A stretch of 64,000 nucleotides of DNA, taken from positions 141,427-205,426 of IMG/VR virus record IMGVR_UViG_3300049846_001037; one strand, given 5' to 3'. A model generated the notes under the pieces. That model saw nothing but the letters and a program-made list of their open reading frames with translations. It was not told the DNA's origin and made no database searches. Made by a program: the position numbers and the translations under genes. This document shows, piece by piece, positions 35,001 through 46,273 of the stretch (positions are counted from its first letter, which is position 1; each line of letters starts with the position of its first letter).

Positions 35001-37411
35001 ATAAGGGATATCGTGAGGAAAGAGAGCCCCACCATAGAGACTCCCATGATCGGCAAAGAAGTAGCCGCCCTGATGAACCCTGCAATCCCGATTGACGCAG
35101 ACCTTGACTTCCCTCTCAGGATAGTCTTCCTTGTTGGGGTCGCTGACATGCTCATCCAACGTCTCGAACTTGCGACCCTTCTCGTCTACCATCAAAAGCT
35201 GCATGCAGACAGGGCAACGCCAGTCACTCTCCTGCCGCCAAAACCACCAGCCGATCAAGGAATAGGTGGGATTGAAGATCTGAAACCAAGGGAAGTTCAT
35301 AGCATCTTCTCCCAAGAACGCATCTTGATGGTGTAGTTTCCGTCTGCCTTCAACTGCTCGGCATAGTTCTCCGATACAAAACGCAGCCGAACCATATTCC
35401 ACTTCTTCTTGTAGAAGATGAAGCCACTGACATAGAAGTTGAAAGGAAAGCCAGGATACACTGTGTAGCTTGGGTTGACAATGTTGAAATGCTCTTTGCC
35501 CATTTGGAAAGAGAAGTTGCGCTGCCCATCTTCGGTGCCGAAACCAAAGACCTCAAAGGTCTCGTTGGAGAAGACATAGGACTCACCTTCGAATTGCCAC
35601 AACCGCATTACATTGGACTTCTCACGAGCCTTATCGATCTTGCCGTTGATCTCCCGCAAGATAGCCTTAGCCCACTTGTCCTTGTACTCAGGATTCAACT
35701 TGAGCCCCAAACCCTTCAGTACGGCTTCGAGGATCTCAGTGTCGGTTGGTAGTACCTGATCAGTCTTCATGCCTTCTCCTTCAATGTGGGCGGCGGAACC
35801 ATGCCACCTCAAACCATTCGACGAGCGAAGCGAGACACGCCACGCCCAAAATTTTCTAGACCTCTTTGACCCGACCAGCCTTGTAGATGAAGGACCGCTC
35901 TTCCTTGACATGCCTTCGAGCCATCCAGAGCAAAACACTCACCAGCCACTTGGGAGCCCACTCGGTAAGATAGATCCTCAGCAGATTTTCATCCTTGATA
36001 TTCATTTCTTCTTCCTTTCGATGGTGTAGTACTTCTTGAATATTTCAACGACGAGAGCAGGAACAATAAAGATAGCTATACTTAGGATGGCTGCAAACCC
36101 TAAGGCAAAAATCCAGTCAGTCCACTTAGGCTCAACATCAAAAGTCTTGAAGAGAACCATGATCCAGAGGTTGACAATAAACCAACCCAAAACCGTGGCA
36201 GCATAGATCACCTTCAAGAAGTTCCTAACCAAAGCAGTGTTCCTTTGGTCAGTCATCATGAAGTAAACTAATGCCGAACCTATCATCCAAAGTATGATCA
36301 TTTCTTATACCATGAGCTCTCGTTAAATACTTCCTTGCCATTCTTCTTGATGATGATCTTGATGAGGGTTCGCCCAGTATTGACCCACTCCTCAAAAACC
36401 AGATCCGTCTTCTTCTCTGGAGCAACCTCTTCAATGAAAAGAGCTACCTTGCCATCAATACCCTCTCGATACTCTCCCCTGTGAACTGCTGCTAGGTAAA
36501 TATCACATTTGCAATAGCACCTAGCTGTTCCTACGTCATCCACCTCATCCTTGATATTGAGATGTTTGACTTCGGTGATGAGAGCAAAACACTTCCCCGG
36601 CAGTAGTGATGAAAATGAACAGGAACCAAAACTAAATCTCTCACCCACCTTAGGTAAGAGAGCATAGTATTGAGACCAATCCCTATTCTCACCGTACACT
36701 CTTCTGCTCCGAATGACTGCTCTTAGACCAGACATCAGGATTGAGCAAAGAATACTTCGTGCCATCGGACATCATGCCGTAAGCCCGTATCTCCCTGCCA
36801 AGCCTTCCCGCTGCATCTCTGCCCATCTCCAAAGGATCATCACAGGGCAAGACCACAGTCATTCCTTTATCGTCAGAAGAACGGTAAGCACGGGCTGAGA
36901 ACTTATTGAAGTAATCAATAAGCGTCTGAGCCTCAAAAATATCACTTACCCTGACGATGAGATGTCTCACAGCAATCCCCTCTTGTCCGCAGACCAGACA
37001 TCAGAAAGCAATGACTCAAGGAAAGTCGAACACCTTGAGTTCTTGTAAGGCCCACTCAGGTAATACCACACCGTCGAAGACCCAACGAACTGATACCGTC
37101 CCGAAGGGTAAACCAAGTAATCCATCCAGTCCAGAGGATTCCAGAGACTCAGATGAAAAGTGACATCAATTACCTTGTCACTACGATCACCCTTAAAAGG
37201 CTTGACTGAGTGGACGGTGTACTTCATGGCTTCATCCTCTCTTTACACTGACAGACAATGCAAGGCTTCTCCTTGACATTGGGCCATTCCCCCGTTGCCT
37301 CTTTGTTCCTCTGCAAACAATTCACAGGCTTTGAACCAGCAGCCCTTAAACACTTCTTTGAGGCTAACTGCTCAATGTCCCAAGAATCCAACTTGAAAGC
37401 CTTAACCTTCT

Positions 37412-37879
37412 TCATGCTGCCTCCAACTGATAACCATATACCTTTAAAGCCTCAGTCATCTTGATGATCTCCCCGCCTCTGACCAAGTTCCAATAAGTTT
37501 TCTCTCCCTCTTTCACAATATGCTTCCAGCCATAATGCCCCTTCATGATGCGGACATAATGCTTCGTGAACTCAGGCCCATGCGATAGGCTCTTGTCTTC
37601 TAACTTCTTCATAAAGATATAGGCATGCGTCAACTCATGAATAAAGTTATCGTATACCCGCTTGTTACTCATGCCAGCTATTCTAAAGGTATTGAAGTTA
37701 ATATGACATTTTTGGGTTTGGTGATTGTAGGTGCAAGAAGCAGATACTCCCCTTCTCTTGCCACCCCCACCAAAGGCTTCACCAGGATCATAAAAGAACT
37801 TCAACGGGATATCAGGCAATTCCCGAAAGTATTGCTTCTTGACTCTGGCAAAGATTCGCTTGACCGTGGTTCGCCGCAC
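37412..37879 (-). CDS. SprT-like zinc metalloprotease
   Basis: HELTH (HExxH) followed by HGPEF. Confidence 0.75.
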   Translation of the reverse strand: MRRTTVKRIFARVKKQYFRELPDIPLKFFYDPGEAFGGGGKRRGVSASCTYNHQTQKCHINFNTFRIAGMSNKRVYDNFIHELTHAYIFMKKLEDKSLSHGPEFTKHYVRIMKGHYGWKHIVKEGEKTYWNLVRGGEIIKMTEALKVYGYQLEAA

Positions 37880-37957
37880 AGCATGCCCCTATTTGAAGCC
37901 AGGATGGTCAGGGATCAACCTTTGGACATAATCCCACATCAGCCCCCACCTTGTCAA

Positions 37958-38273
37958 GATAAATATCACTTGTTAGGTCGATTCTGTGGCGCAAAACCTG
38001 GAAAAAATAAAAATAGGGATTTGACTTTTTCGGGGGCTTTCGGAAAAAACTTTTTTAGCGATTTGGATAACCGCTGAGAGTACATACTCTGACACACTTT
38101 TTGACCCCCACCCCCTACTTTTTTGGGGCTTTTTTCCCCTTATATTTCAATGATTTTTGCCTCTTTTTGATGAAAATCCTTGTGTTTCAAGGCTTTTATA
38201 GCCCCCAATAGGGGTAGGAGGGGTGGGGAGGATGTCCCAGCAGGTAAGGGAAAGCCTGCAGATGTCATCCCTC
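37958..38273. other. non-coding junction with homopolymer tracts and an imperfect inverted repeat
   Basis: A/T tracts; CCCCCACCCCCTACTTTTTTGGGGC (about 38105-38129) versus GCCCCCAATAGGGGTAGGAGGGGTGGGG (38201-38228). Confidence 0.5.
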
Positions 38274-38289
38274 TACTTAAATTTAAGTA
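38274..38289. repeat. intergenic palindrome copy 1
   Basis: TACTTAAATTTAAGTA. Confidence 0.9.
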
Positions 38290-39419
38290 AGCAGATGACC
38301 GGTCGCAGCAGATCCTCTGGATGTTCTCCCGTAAAGACAAAGACCCCGCCGAGGTTGGCAGGGTCTCTGTGGGTGGGACGAGGTGGGGTGGTTCTACTTG
38401 GTGAGGTATCCATGCTTGGGGAGGTCGGTGGGGAGAGGCATGGAGAGCAGGGCAGAGATGGAAGGAACCTTCATCTTGCAGGGAGAGTGGGCGAGGTAGT
38501 CATACTTCTTGAACGCCAGTTCCTTGCCGTGGTGAGGGCAGTCCACGTAGTCGAAAGTGTAACCCTTCTTCTTGAGTTCGGCATGGAACAGGTCGAAGTC
38601 CTTCTTCGCTTGCTTGATGGCGGGGTCGCTGGGGTTCTGCTTGATGAGTTCATTGATTTCGTCCATTGCCATTGCGATAGCATGGGCAGACATCTTGGAA
38701 GCGATTGCCTTCTTCTCTTTGATGGTCAGCATGGTTTGTCTCCGAGAAGTGATATCTTTAATGTAACTTAGATGAGGGTTCTTGTCAAGGCATATTTAGG
38801 TCTTTGAACAGGAAGTCTTTGGGGAGTTTCCTGCCGCCGAGGTGGTCGTAGATGATGAGGCAAGGCAGGGACATGATGCCAGGCACGACGAAGGAGTTGA
38901 TGAGGAGGGTCATGGGCATGGAGAAGTGAAGATGCTGGTAGCAGATGTTCCCCACAGCGAACCAGATGAGGAAGAGGACCATGAGGAAGATGCGTTGTTT
39001 GTTGTTCATGGTATTACTCCTGAGTGATGAGTAAAGTATAACAATAAAGATAGCACATGTCAAGGGGTTATCTGCCGTTGACATCGGTCCAGTAGTCATC
39101 ATCGCAACGCTCGTCCATGTTATTTCCCCCTCTTGTTGGCTTCATTGCGGAGTTTGGTCATGACTTCGAGGGCACGGGCAAGGATGGCGGCTTCGCTCTG
39201 ATGACCCAGCATGAAGACACCCAGCGAATGAACAGCATCCAACATCTCGTCATTGGGAATGGTGGGAATGCTTTGTTCCAGTTCCGCCAGCATCGCCATC
39301 TTCTCGTTGTAGACTTGGGTATCCATTGGGTTTCTCCTTAGTTGATAAAGTAATTATACTAATAAAGATAGCACATGTCAAGGGGGAGATGTTCGCCCGC
39401 TGCGAGGGAGGGGCGTTGT

Positions 39420-39435
39420 TACTTAAAGATAAGTA
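39420..39435. repeat. intergenic palindrome copy 2
   Basis: TACTTA-AAGA-TAAGTA. Confidence 0.9.
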
Positions 39436-40712
39436 AGGAGTGCAGGGCTGCAGGATCTGGCTGCGATGAGGTTGGCACAGCAAAAGACCTTCCGTGTTAG
39501 GGAAGGTCTTTGCGGGTCTTCTCTTTCTCTACCCTCTTGAGTATTTTGAGGGCGACTTGTTCTGCTTCTTCCAGCGTCATCAGAACCTTTTTCCTTACGT
39601 CATTCTTTTCTATCAGGCAGACATAAGGTTGTCGTAGACGTGGAAAGCGTATTTCTACTGTTTGTTTCTTTGGCATGGTGTCATCAGAGTGGGATGGAGA
39701 GTTCGTGGATGAGGACTTCGGTTCCGCTTTGGAGGAGGATGATATCTTCGTCGGTTCCTCCTCTTGCCACCTTGTCCCAGCGAGAGCAGGTGCCGTGGTC
39801 GGGGTCATGCCAGTAGACCACATCGCCACGCTTTACCCTGTCTGTGGATTTGAGGCGGCGTTTGGGGCATTTGGAGCAGGGACCATCTTCGCCCAGTTCG
39901 GACTGCTTGACTTTGTTGCCACAGAGCGAGCAGTATTCTTCGCCCTGAGGGTCATAGTTCCGTTTGTGGGGTTGCTTCTTGTCGGAGTTCATGTCTGCCT
40001 CAGAGGACGATGACTTCTTTCTCGTTGCGACCACCGAGGTAAGCGAAGACTTTGCTCTTATCAATCTTGATGGTCTTCACTTTGCCCTGTTTGCCAAAGC
40101 GATTAGCGAACCAAGTTGCTTTGGTCTTAGAGAGCGAGTAAGACATTCCGTTAGGGGATTTGTCGTAGCCCCGATGGATGGTGAGGAAGTCAGGGAGATT
40201 GGCGAGTTCAAGGCGGTCCTCATCGCTCATAAAGTATTCTTTGTTGGGGACTTGAGCCGTGAGGAGTTTCTTCCAGTCCTTGATGTTCTGCCAGATGTTC
40301 TCCGAGTCAATCCAGATGGAGCCGAGCAGACCCCAATAAGTCTTAGGCTCAGTAATGCGGTTGCGGATTTTGTTGAAAGCCCACAGACGATACGGACGCT
40401 CATGCCAGAAGACATAGGCATGGAAATCTCCTTCGGCAAGGCATTTGTCACACGCTTCCTGCTTCTGCTTCAACTGCTCGTTGTAGAGGGCGTTATGCTG
40501 AGGGGTGTAGAAGATTTCCTGCACCAAAGGATGCTGAATCGCCTGCCCGAAAGGTCCGTCCATCAGACAGACGTAGAGTTCGGGGGCGAGTTCTTCTTTA
40601 CGGGCGAGGACTTCCTGAAAGTTAATCATGTAGTAAGTATAACCTATTAAGCATAGCTTGTCAAGACGTGGGGCAAATAGACATGAGTGGCTGGTGATCC
40701 CTGGGAGCTAGT

Positions 40713-40728
40713 TACTTACATTTAAGTA
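40713..40728. repeat. intergenic palindrome copy 3
   Basis: TACTTA-CATT-TAAGTA. Confidence 0.9.
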
Positions 40729-42135
40729 GGAAGAGGAGGTGGCTGCAGATCCGGTCATCTGGGTGGTTGGCACAAGCAAAAGGGACTCCGATGTTTTGGA
40801 GTCCCTTTGGGTCTTAGTAGATTTCGAGTTCGTCTAGTTCTTGGGAAGTTGGGGTGGAGAATTCCTTGAGGGAGTAGCGTCTTCCTGAGTCTCTGGGCGG
40901 GTTCATGCCGCTTGTTTCTTGGACTCGGTTCCATGTGGCTATGAGTTGTTCGCCGTAGGGGCGGGACTCCACAAGGACTTTGAAAGTATTACCTTCGGAG
41001 GATTGAACAGTCATGGTCTGGAGGGTAGCGACAATGTATCCGCCTTCCCAGTTCCATGAATGATTCTTTGCTTTGGTCATCACTCTGCCCTTGCAGTCGA
41101 AGGAGTCGCCCTTGAAGAAGACGACGGCACCATGACGGGCTTTGATGCGTCGGACTTCGGTTGGTGTAACTTCCCTGTGTTTGCCTTGAGGGGGCAAAGG
41201 AAGTTCGAGGCAGTCGGGGTGGATGTTGAGTCCCATGACTATTTTCTCCTGCGGCGGCGATAAATCATTAGCAAAACTCCCCATCGAGGAAGAAGTTGCC
41301 TGATTGGTCGTTCCACTCATTCTCCCGTGATGCCCTCTGGAATTTGGCACCAATCTGTTTCCTGTCCCTGATGAGTTTGAGCAGGTCTACTGGGGTGGAG
41401 ACATCCGAGCCATTGTCGTTGGTGAGAGTATAACCTTCTTTTGCCAGCCGCTCAACACGGGCGTACCACGAGCGGACATCCACAACGCCGTTAGCCTTGT
41501 CGCCACGGAAGGTGAATTGCCAGCCTGCTGATGACTTGCCCAGATGAACGGGCTCACCAGAGACGAAGACTTCGGGAGTCATGTAGAAGTTCGTGCCCAT
41601 GTTCAGCCCTGAAAAGAGATGCCTTCGGGGTGGCTGTAGAGCGTTTCGCTCATCCAGCGTCCCATTCCCTTATACCGCTTGTCTTCGTCATCGACAAGGG
41701 CAAAAGAGGTCAGGACGTAGGACCACTTGTTGTTCATGAGGTTGCGGCTCTGCTCGTTCCACTTGGCGATGAGGGCTTCGCCAACCTTCTGGGAGACGAC
41801 GAGGATCTGCTCGTTGAAGGTCTCGTTGGTCGGGGTGTGGGTGTTGGTGTAGTTCATCAGGAGCATCTGCATGGCTTAGTCCTCCTCTTCCGCTTCGATG
41901 TCCACTTCGGGGTCTTCGAGCGTCAGATTGTTCTTGTTGACCTTCATCTTCTCCCACTTCTTCATGGCGTCCTTCTCGTTCTTGGCGGTGACGGTCACTT
42001 GTTCGGTGGCGAGGTAACGGACGGTGAGGTTGAAGGTCTTCATGGCGGTTCTCCTTGAGTGATGACTACATCATAGTCTAATAAAGCTAGCTTGTCAAGA
42101 CCGAGGTGAGCTGCGAGGGATCCCCGTGAGCTGTT

Positions 42136-42151
42136 TACTTAAAGATAAGTA
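42136..42151. repeat. intergenic palindrome copy 4
   Basis: TACTTA-AAGA-TAAGTA. Confidence 0.9.
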
Positions 42152-43294
42152 AGAAGATGTCCGGTCATCAGAAGTTGGTTGGTGGCACAAGCAAAAGCCC
42201 CGCCGTGTTAGGGCAGGGCTTTGCTTGGGATTACTGGGTTTTAGTAGGAGATGGACACATCGAAGTCGCCGTGTTCGTTGGTGGCTTCGAGGAGGGACTG
42301 GAGGGTTTCCTTGTCTTCGGGGTTGAGGTTGCGGAGGGTCTTGTTCAGTTCGTCCACTTTCTGCTTGGAGATGTAGTAGAGCCCGTTGTCGTTCATCGGG
42401 AAATGCTTCTCGATGAAGTCGGCGGAGGAGGAGCCGTTCAGCAGGCTGTGGTGTTCGATGCGATAGATGCTGACGGACATGGCGTTCTCCTTATCGGTGA
42501 ATGTTCATGGGAAGATTCTTCTTCAAGCGTTCATTGACCACCGCCGTCAAGAACACTTTCCCGAACCCTGACTTCGGGACCACCTTTTGTATCAGTTTCT
42601 TTTCTCCTTGCATGGTGATGAAGGTATCCACCTTGAAGTGTTCTTCCATTTTAGCCTTTGAGCCGTAGACTTCTACCACAGCCCCTTGCAGAACCTTGGT
42701 CAGTTCCTCATGCTTCTCATTGATAATATCACATTCCCTCTTATTAGGGAAGTTCTTCATGGGGAAGGAGATGCTATATTCTCCTTCGACAGAGTTAACA
42801 CCGCCAAAGAGGCGAAGGGACTTGCGGAAGATGAAGTCATCCAGTTTAGCCAGTTTGGATTCCAGCAGGTTGATGCCGTAGATGACGTAGGCGTTGGCGA
42901 TGGGCAACACGATGGAAAGCACCGCCGCCAGAGCCAAGCCCGAAGCCATCGCCGTCTTACCCATAGCAAGGGCGGCAAGGCAGAGGAACGAGAAGAAGAT
43001 GAAGGGGCTTCTCATGGCTTCACCTCATTGAAGGGAATGATTTCTGCCTTGATGTTCATTTCACCCAGTATTCTGATGATAATATCACATTCACTTTTTG
43101 GCAACGGGTTGATATCTTCAATAATAGTGCTAGGCTCCCCATCGAAGTCGTGGTAAGCAAAGGTGCCATCTTCGAGAGTGTAGCGTATCTGGAACATGGA
43201 GTTCTCCTTGAGTTAATGTAATTATATAAAATTAAAGATAGCTTGTCAATGGGGTTGGAGCAGGTGAGCTGGCTGGTGATCATGGGGAGCTGTT

Positions 43295-43310
43295 TACTTA
43301 CATTTAAGTA
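43295..43310. repeat. intergenic palindrome copy 5
   Basis: TACTTA-CATT-TAAGTA. Confidence 0.9.
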
Positions 43311-44364
43311 GGGAGGGAGCCCGCTGCAGATCTGCGAGTGGGTCGTCGTGAAAAGCAAAAGCCCCTCTAGAGTTCAGAGGGGCTTCGGCGTTTAAGGCTG
43401 GAGATGGTTTATTGCATGGAGGCGAAGGACTTCTGGAGGGCGAGTTTGAAGCATCGGCATTGTTCGGGGTCGAGGGAGAAGGCGAAATTGAGGCTGGGGT
43501 CTTCGAGGGCTATGCGGTTCTTCTCGGCGGCTGGCTTATCGCCAATGGTTGAGTAGTTGCTGTTCTCGTCCACGCACCACCAGAAGGTTTCGGGGTCGCT
43601 GGACTGGAAGGAACTCTCGTCCACGATGTCGCCCAGACGAATCCATTCCTTGAGGCGACGGGCACCGTTCTTGCCTTCGAGGTAAGCCCTGATGGCTTCG
43701 ACGGCTTCGCCCTGTTCGTTGTGGTCAGCGAGAACATGGATGGTGAAGTCATGCTTCTTGCTGTTGCGGAACTTGAAGGAAGTCTGGACCAGATTCTTCT
43801 GAGCCAACTTCCTGATGGACTTGGGGATGGCTCCGAACTCGAACTCGGCAGAGCCCATGTAGTCGAGGCTCATGTAGTCGGAGACCTTCTCACCTGCGTA
43901 GAACGTGACCTTGGGTTTGCATCGCTGGACGAGCCACATGGTCTACTCCTTTCCTTCGAGGATGATGTCTCCAGCCTTAGGCTTGCCGAAGTTTTGCTTC
44001 ATCGGCTTGCCCATGTTGCCACCGACACGGACGAAGATATCGTGGTCGGCATGATGGACTTCAATGACTGTGGCGGCATTGGTGTGGATACCGCCGTTCT
44101 TGCTGTGAGCCGCAACATCTCCCTGCCCATAGCGGAAATGGTCAGAGTGTTGGTAGGCGGCAACGTGTTGGATAGCGTCAGCCAGCTTCTTGCCGAACTC
44201 AGGGTCGTTCTTGATGGCATCGAGGGCATCCACCATCACAACCAACGTGGCATTGTATCCCATGACGTGTCTCCTTTGAGTGATGGAGTAAGTATAACTA
44301 ATTGGCCGATGCTTGTCAACGCATCTCCGCCTGCGAGCTGCTGGGGATCACCGGCTGCAGTGCT

Positions 44365-44380
44365 TACTTAAATTTAAGTA
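44365..44380. repeat. intergenic palindrome copy 6
   Basis: TACTTAAATTTAAGTA. Confidence 0.9.
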
Positions 44381-45478
44381 GGCGGCCGTCTTCCTCGCAG
44401 CGGGCTGGGACATCTCGGCGCAGCAAAAAGCCCACACCTGCTGGGGTATGGGCTTGCGGCAACAGACTGCTGGAGATGATTACTTCTTCAACGCCTTGTC
44501 AATCATCTCTTGGACTTCTTTGACTATTTTATCTTTGGCTGTCTTCTCAATGGTGGCTCGGAACATGGGACGAAGGGACTCACGCTCGTAGTCGCTCACC
44601 TTTAAGCCTGCGAGGATTTCGTCTTCCACTTTGCGTAGCGTAGGAATCATCTGTTCAAAGGTCTTGAGCATCTGAACACGCAGAAACTCATTGACCTGCT
44701 CAATTTGTTTATGAACAGATTCTTGTTCCATCTCTTTTAGTGTGTTGAGTAGGTCAGCCATTGGGCACCTTCATTGAAGCAAGACAATCTTTGCAGGTGA
44801 CTTTCTTCCAGTCAAAGGAAGATTGGGGGTCATCGTATTTCATGCCATCGTAGTCGCAGAGGATGTAGGATTCATCTTCTCCACTTGATTGGGAGCAGGT
44901 CTCTCCAGCGGCGGCATGCACGACCTTCATGGCTTCTGCTCCTTGTAGTTCACCATCTCTGCGATCTTTTTCAGGAGCTCATAGTTGTCCTGAACGCCCA
45001 CCACATTACCGAGGTAGTGAGCGTTAGCCTTGACCCACGCCTTGCGTTCCACTTCTTCCATTGAGAAGCAGACCCCACGCAGAGTTCCTTCACGCAGTTC
45101 CTTCTTGGAAATCTTGATGGGGTTGCGCCAGTCCTTGCCCACAATCCAAGACTGGGTGGTTTCCCCGTCAATGGTGTGAGGACGCCAATGTTCCTTCCAG
45201 ATGGGTCCGCCAGTTGAGCGACCCTGAGCATCTTTGGCGTAGACTCTGTGGTTGTCTTCGAAGATGTAGATGGTTGAGCCGATCATTTTTGACTCCTGAG
45301 ATATTCCTGATGCATCTTGCGAATGTGTTTGGTGTTTTGGCGTTTAGTATACAGCCCAGAAGCCACAAGGAAAAGGATGAAGACCAGCCATGTGATATCC
45401 ATTACTTGGCTCCTTTGAATTTCTTCTTGGCTTTCTTGTATTTGCGTAGGCGGCTCATGACACATCCTATAAGGGGGC

Positions 45479-45579
45479 GGTGAGAGACCGAACCCACTTT
45501 TAATGGCAGAGGGGCGGATTCGAACCGCTCTCCCTATCTCTAGGGCGACTTTCCATCGTCCATCTCTGGGGCTCTCACC
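45479..45579 (-). ncRNA. tRNA-like RNA lacking an anticodon loop, enclosed in an outer stem
   Basis: CAGAG-ATG-GAC GATGGAAA GTC-G-CCCTA GAGA TAGGG-AGA-GCGG TTCGAAT CCGC-CC-CTCTG-CCA (45568 to 45504). Outer stem GGTGAGAG/CTCTCACC. Directly downstream of the promoter at 45587-45615. Confidence 0.6.
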
Positions 45580-45663
45580 TGTCATCAGTATAACTTTCTG
45601 GGAGACCCTTGTCAATGACGCCAGCAGCTCTGGGGACGCCGCTGCTGATCCCCGGGAGCTGGT

Positions 45664-45679
45664 TACTTAAATTTAAGTA
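45664..45679. repeat. intergenic palindrome copy 7
   Basis: TACTTAAATTTAAGTA. Confidence 0.9.
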
Positions 45680-45769
45680 AGCCAGGACATCACGGGCTGC
45701 GGCGGAGATGTGGCGCAAAAATAAGCCCCCTTATTTTATATAAAACTATTAGATTATAAGGGGGTTCAC

Positions 45770-46273
45770 ATGGAAACTAAAAAGTGTTCTAAATGCCATA
45801 TAACAAAGTCTATTGATAACTTTTACGCTTCACACGTTGACAGAACATGTATTGATTGCCACAGAAAAAGGAACAAGGAATACAAGAAATTACACCCAGA
45901 GATAATTAGGGCTCAAAAGCAAAGATATAAAGAAAGGGGCAAGGGGGCAAAGGCATACGCCAGATCGATGAGTAAACTAGAGTTCAGGTTTAGAAGGTGG
46001 GAAATAAATGCCAAGAAAAGAGGAATAGTATGGGACTTAACATTCGATGATATTAAAGATATGCCTATGACATGTTTTTACAGTGAAATGGAACTTACTC
46101 TAAAACCAAATCAATTAAATACAATCTCTCTAGATAGAAAAAACAGTGATTTAGGCTATACAAAAACCAACGTTGTATTCGCCTCTGCAAAAATCAACAG
46201 AATGAAAAGCGACATGAGCATTAACGATTTTTTAATGCTATGTAAACTTGTCACAAATAAATGCCCTGGCTGA
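45770..46273 (+). CDS. HNH-type homing endonuclease-like protein
   Basis: N-terminal CSKC...CIDC; C-terminal ISLDRKNSDLGYTKTNVV...INRMK. AT-rich and opposite in orientation to its neighbours. Confidence 0.7.
   Translation: METKKCSKCHITKSIDNFYASHVDRTCIDCHRKRNKEYKKLHPEIIRAQKQRYKERGKGAKAYARSMSKLEFRFRRWEINAKKRGIVWDLTFDDIKDMPMTCFYSEMELTLKPNQLNTISLDRKNSDLGYTKTNVVFASAKINRMKSDMSINDFLMLCKLVTNKCPG

Larger units (their letters stand above)
27983..37415 (-). other. dense array of roughly 25 small, translationally coupled hypothetical ORFs, many membrane or lipoprotein-like
   Basis: Chain of minus-strand ORFs with overlapping stop/start codons, typical of a phage accessory region. Confidence 0.65.

Noticed and set aside
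45283-45615. 110-aa ORF spanning the tRNA-like RNA
   Set aside because: Its start is the TTG of the -35 box and it runs through the promoter and structured RNA; only the short hydrophobic 3' part is likely to be real.
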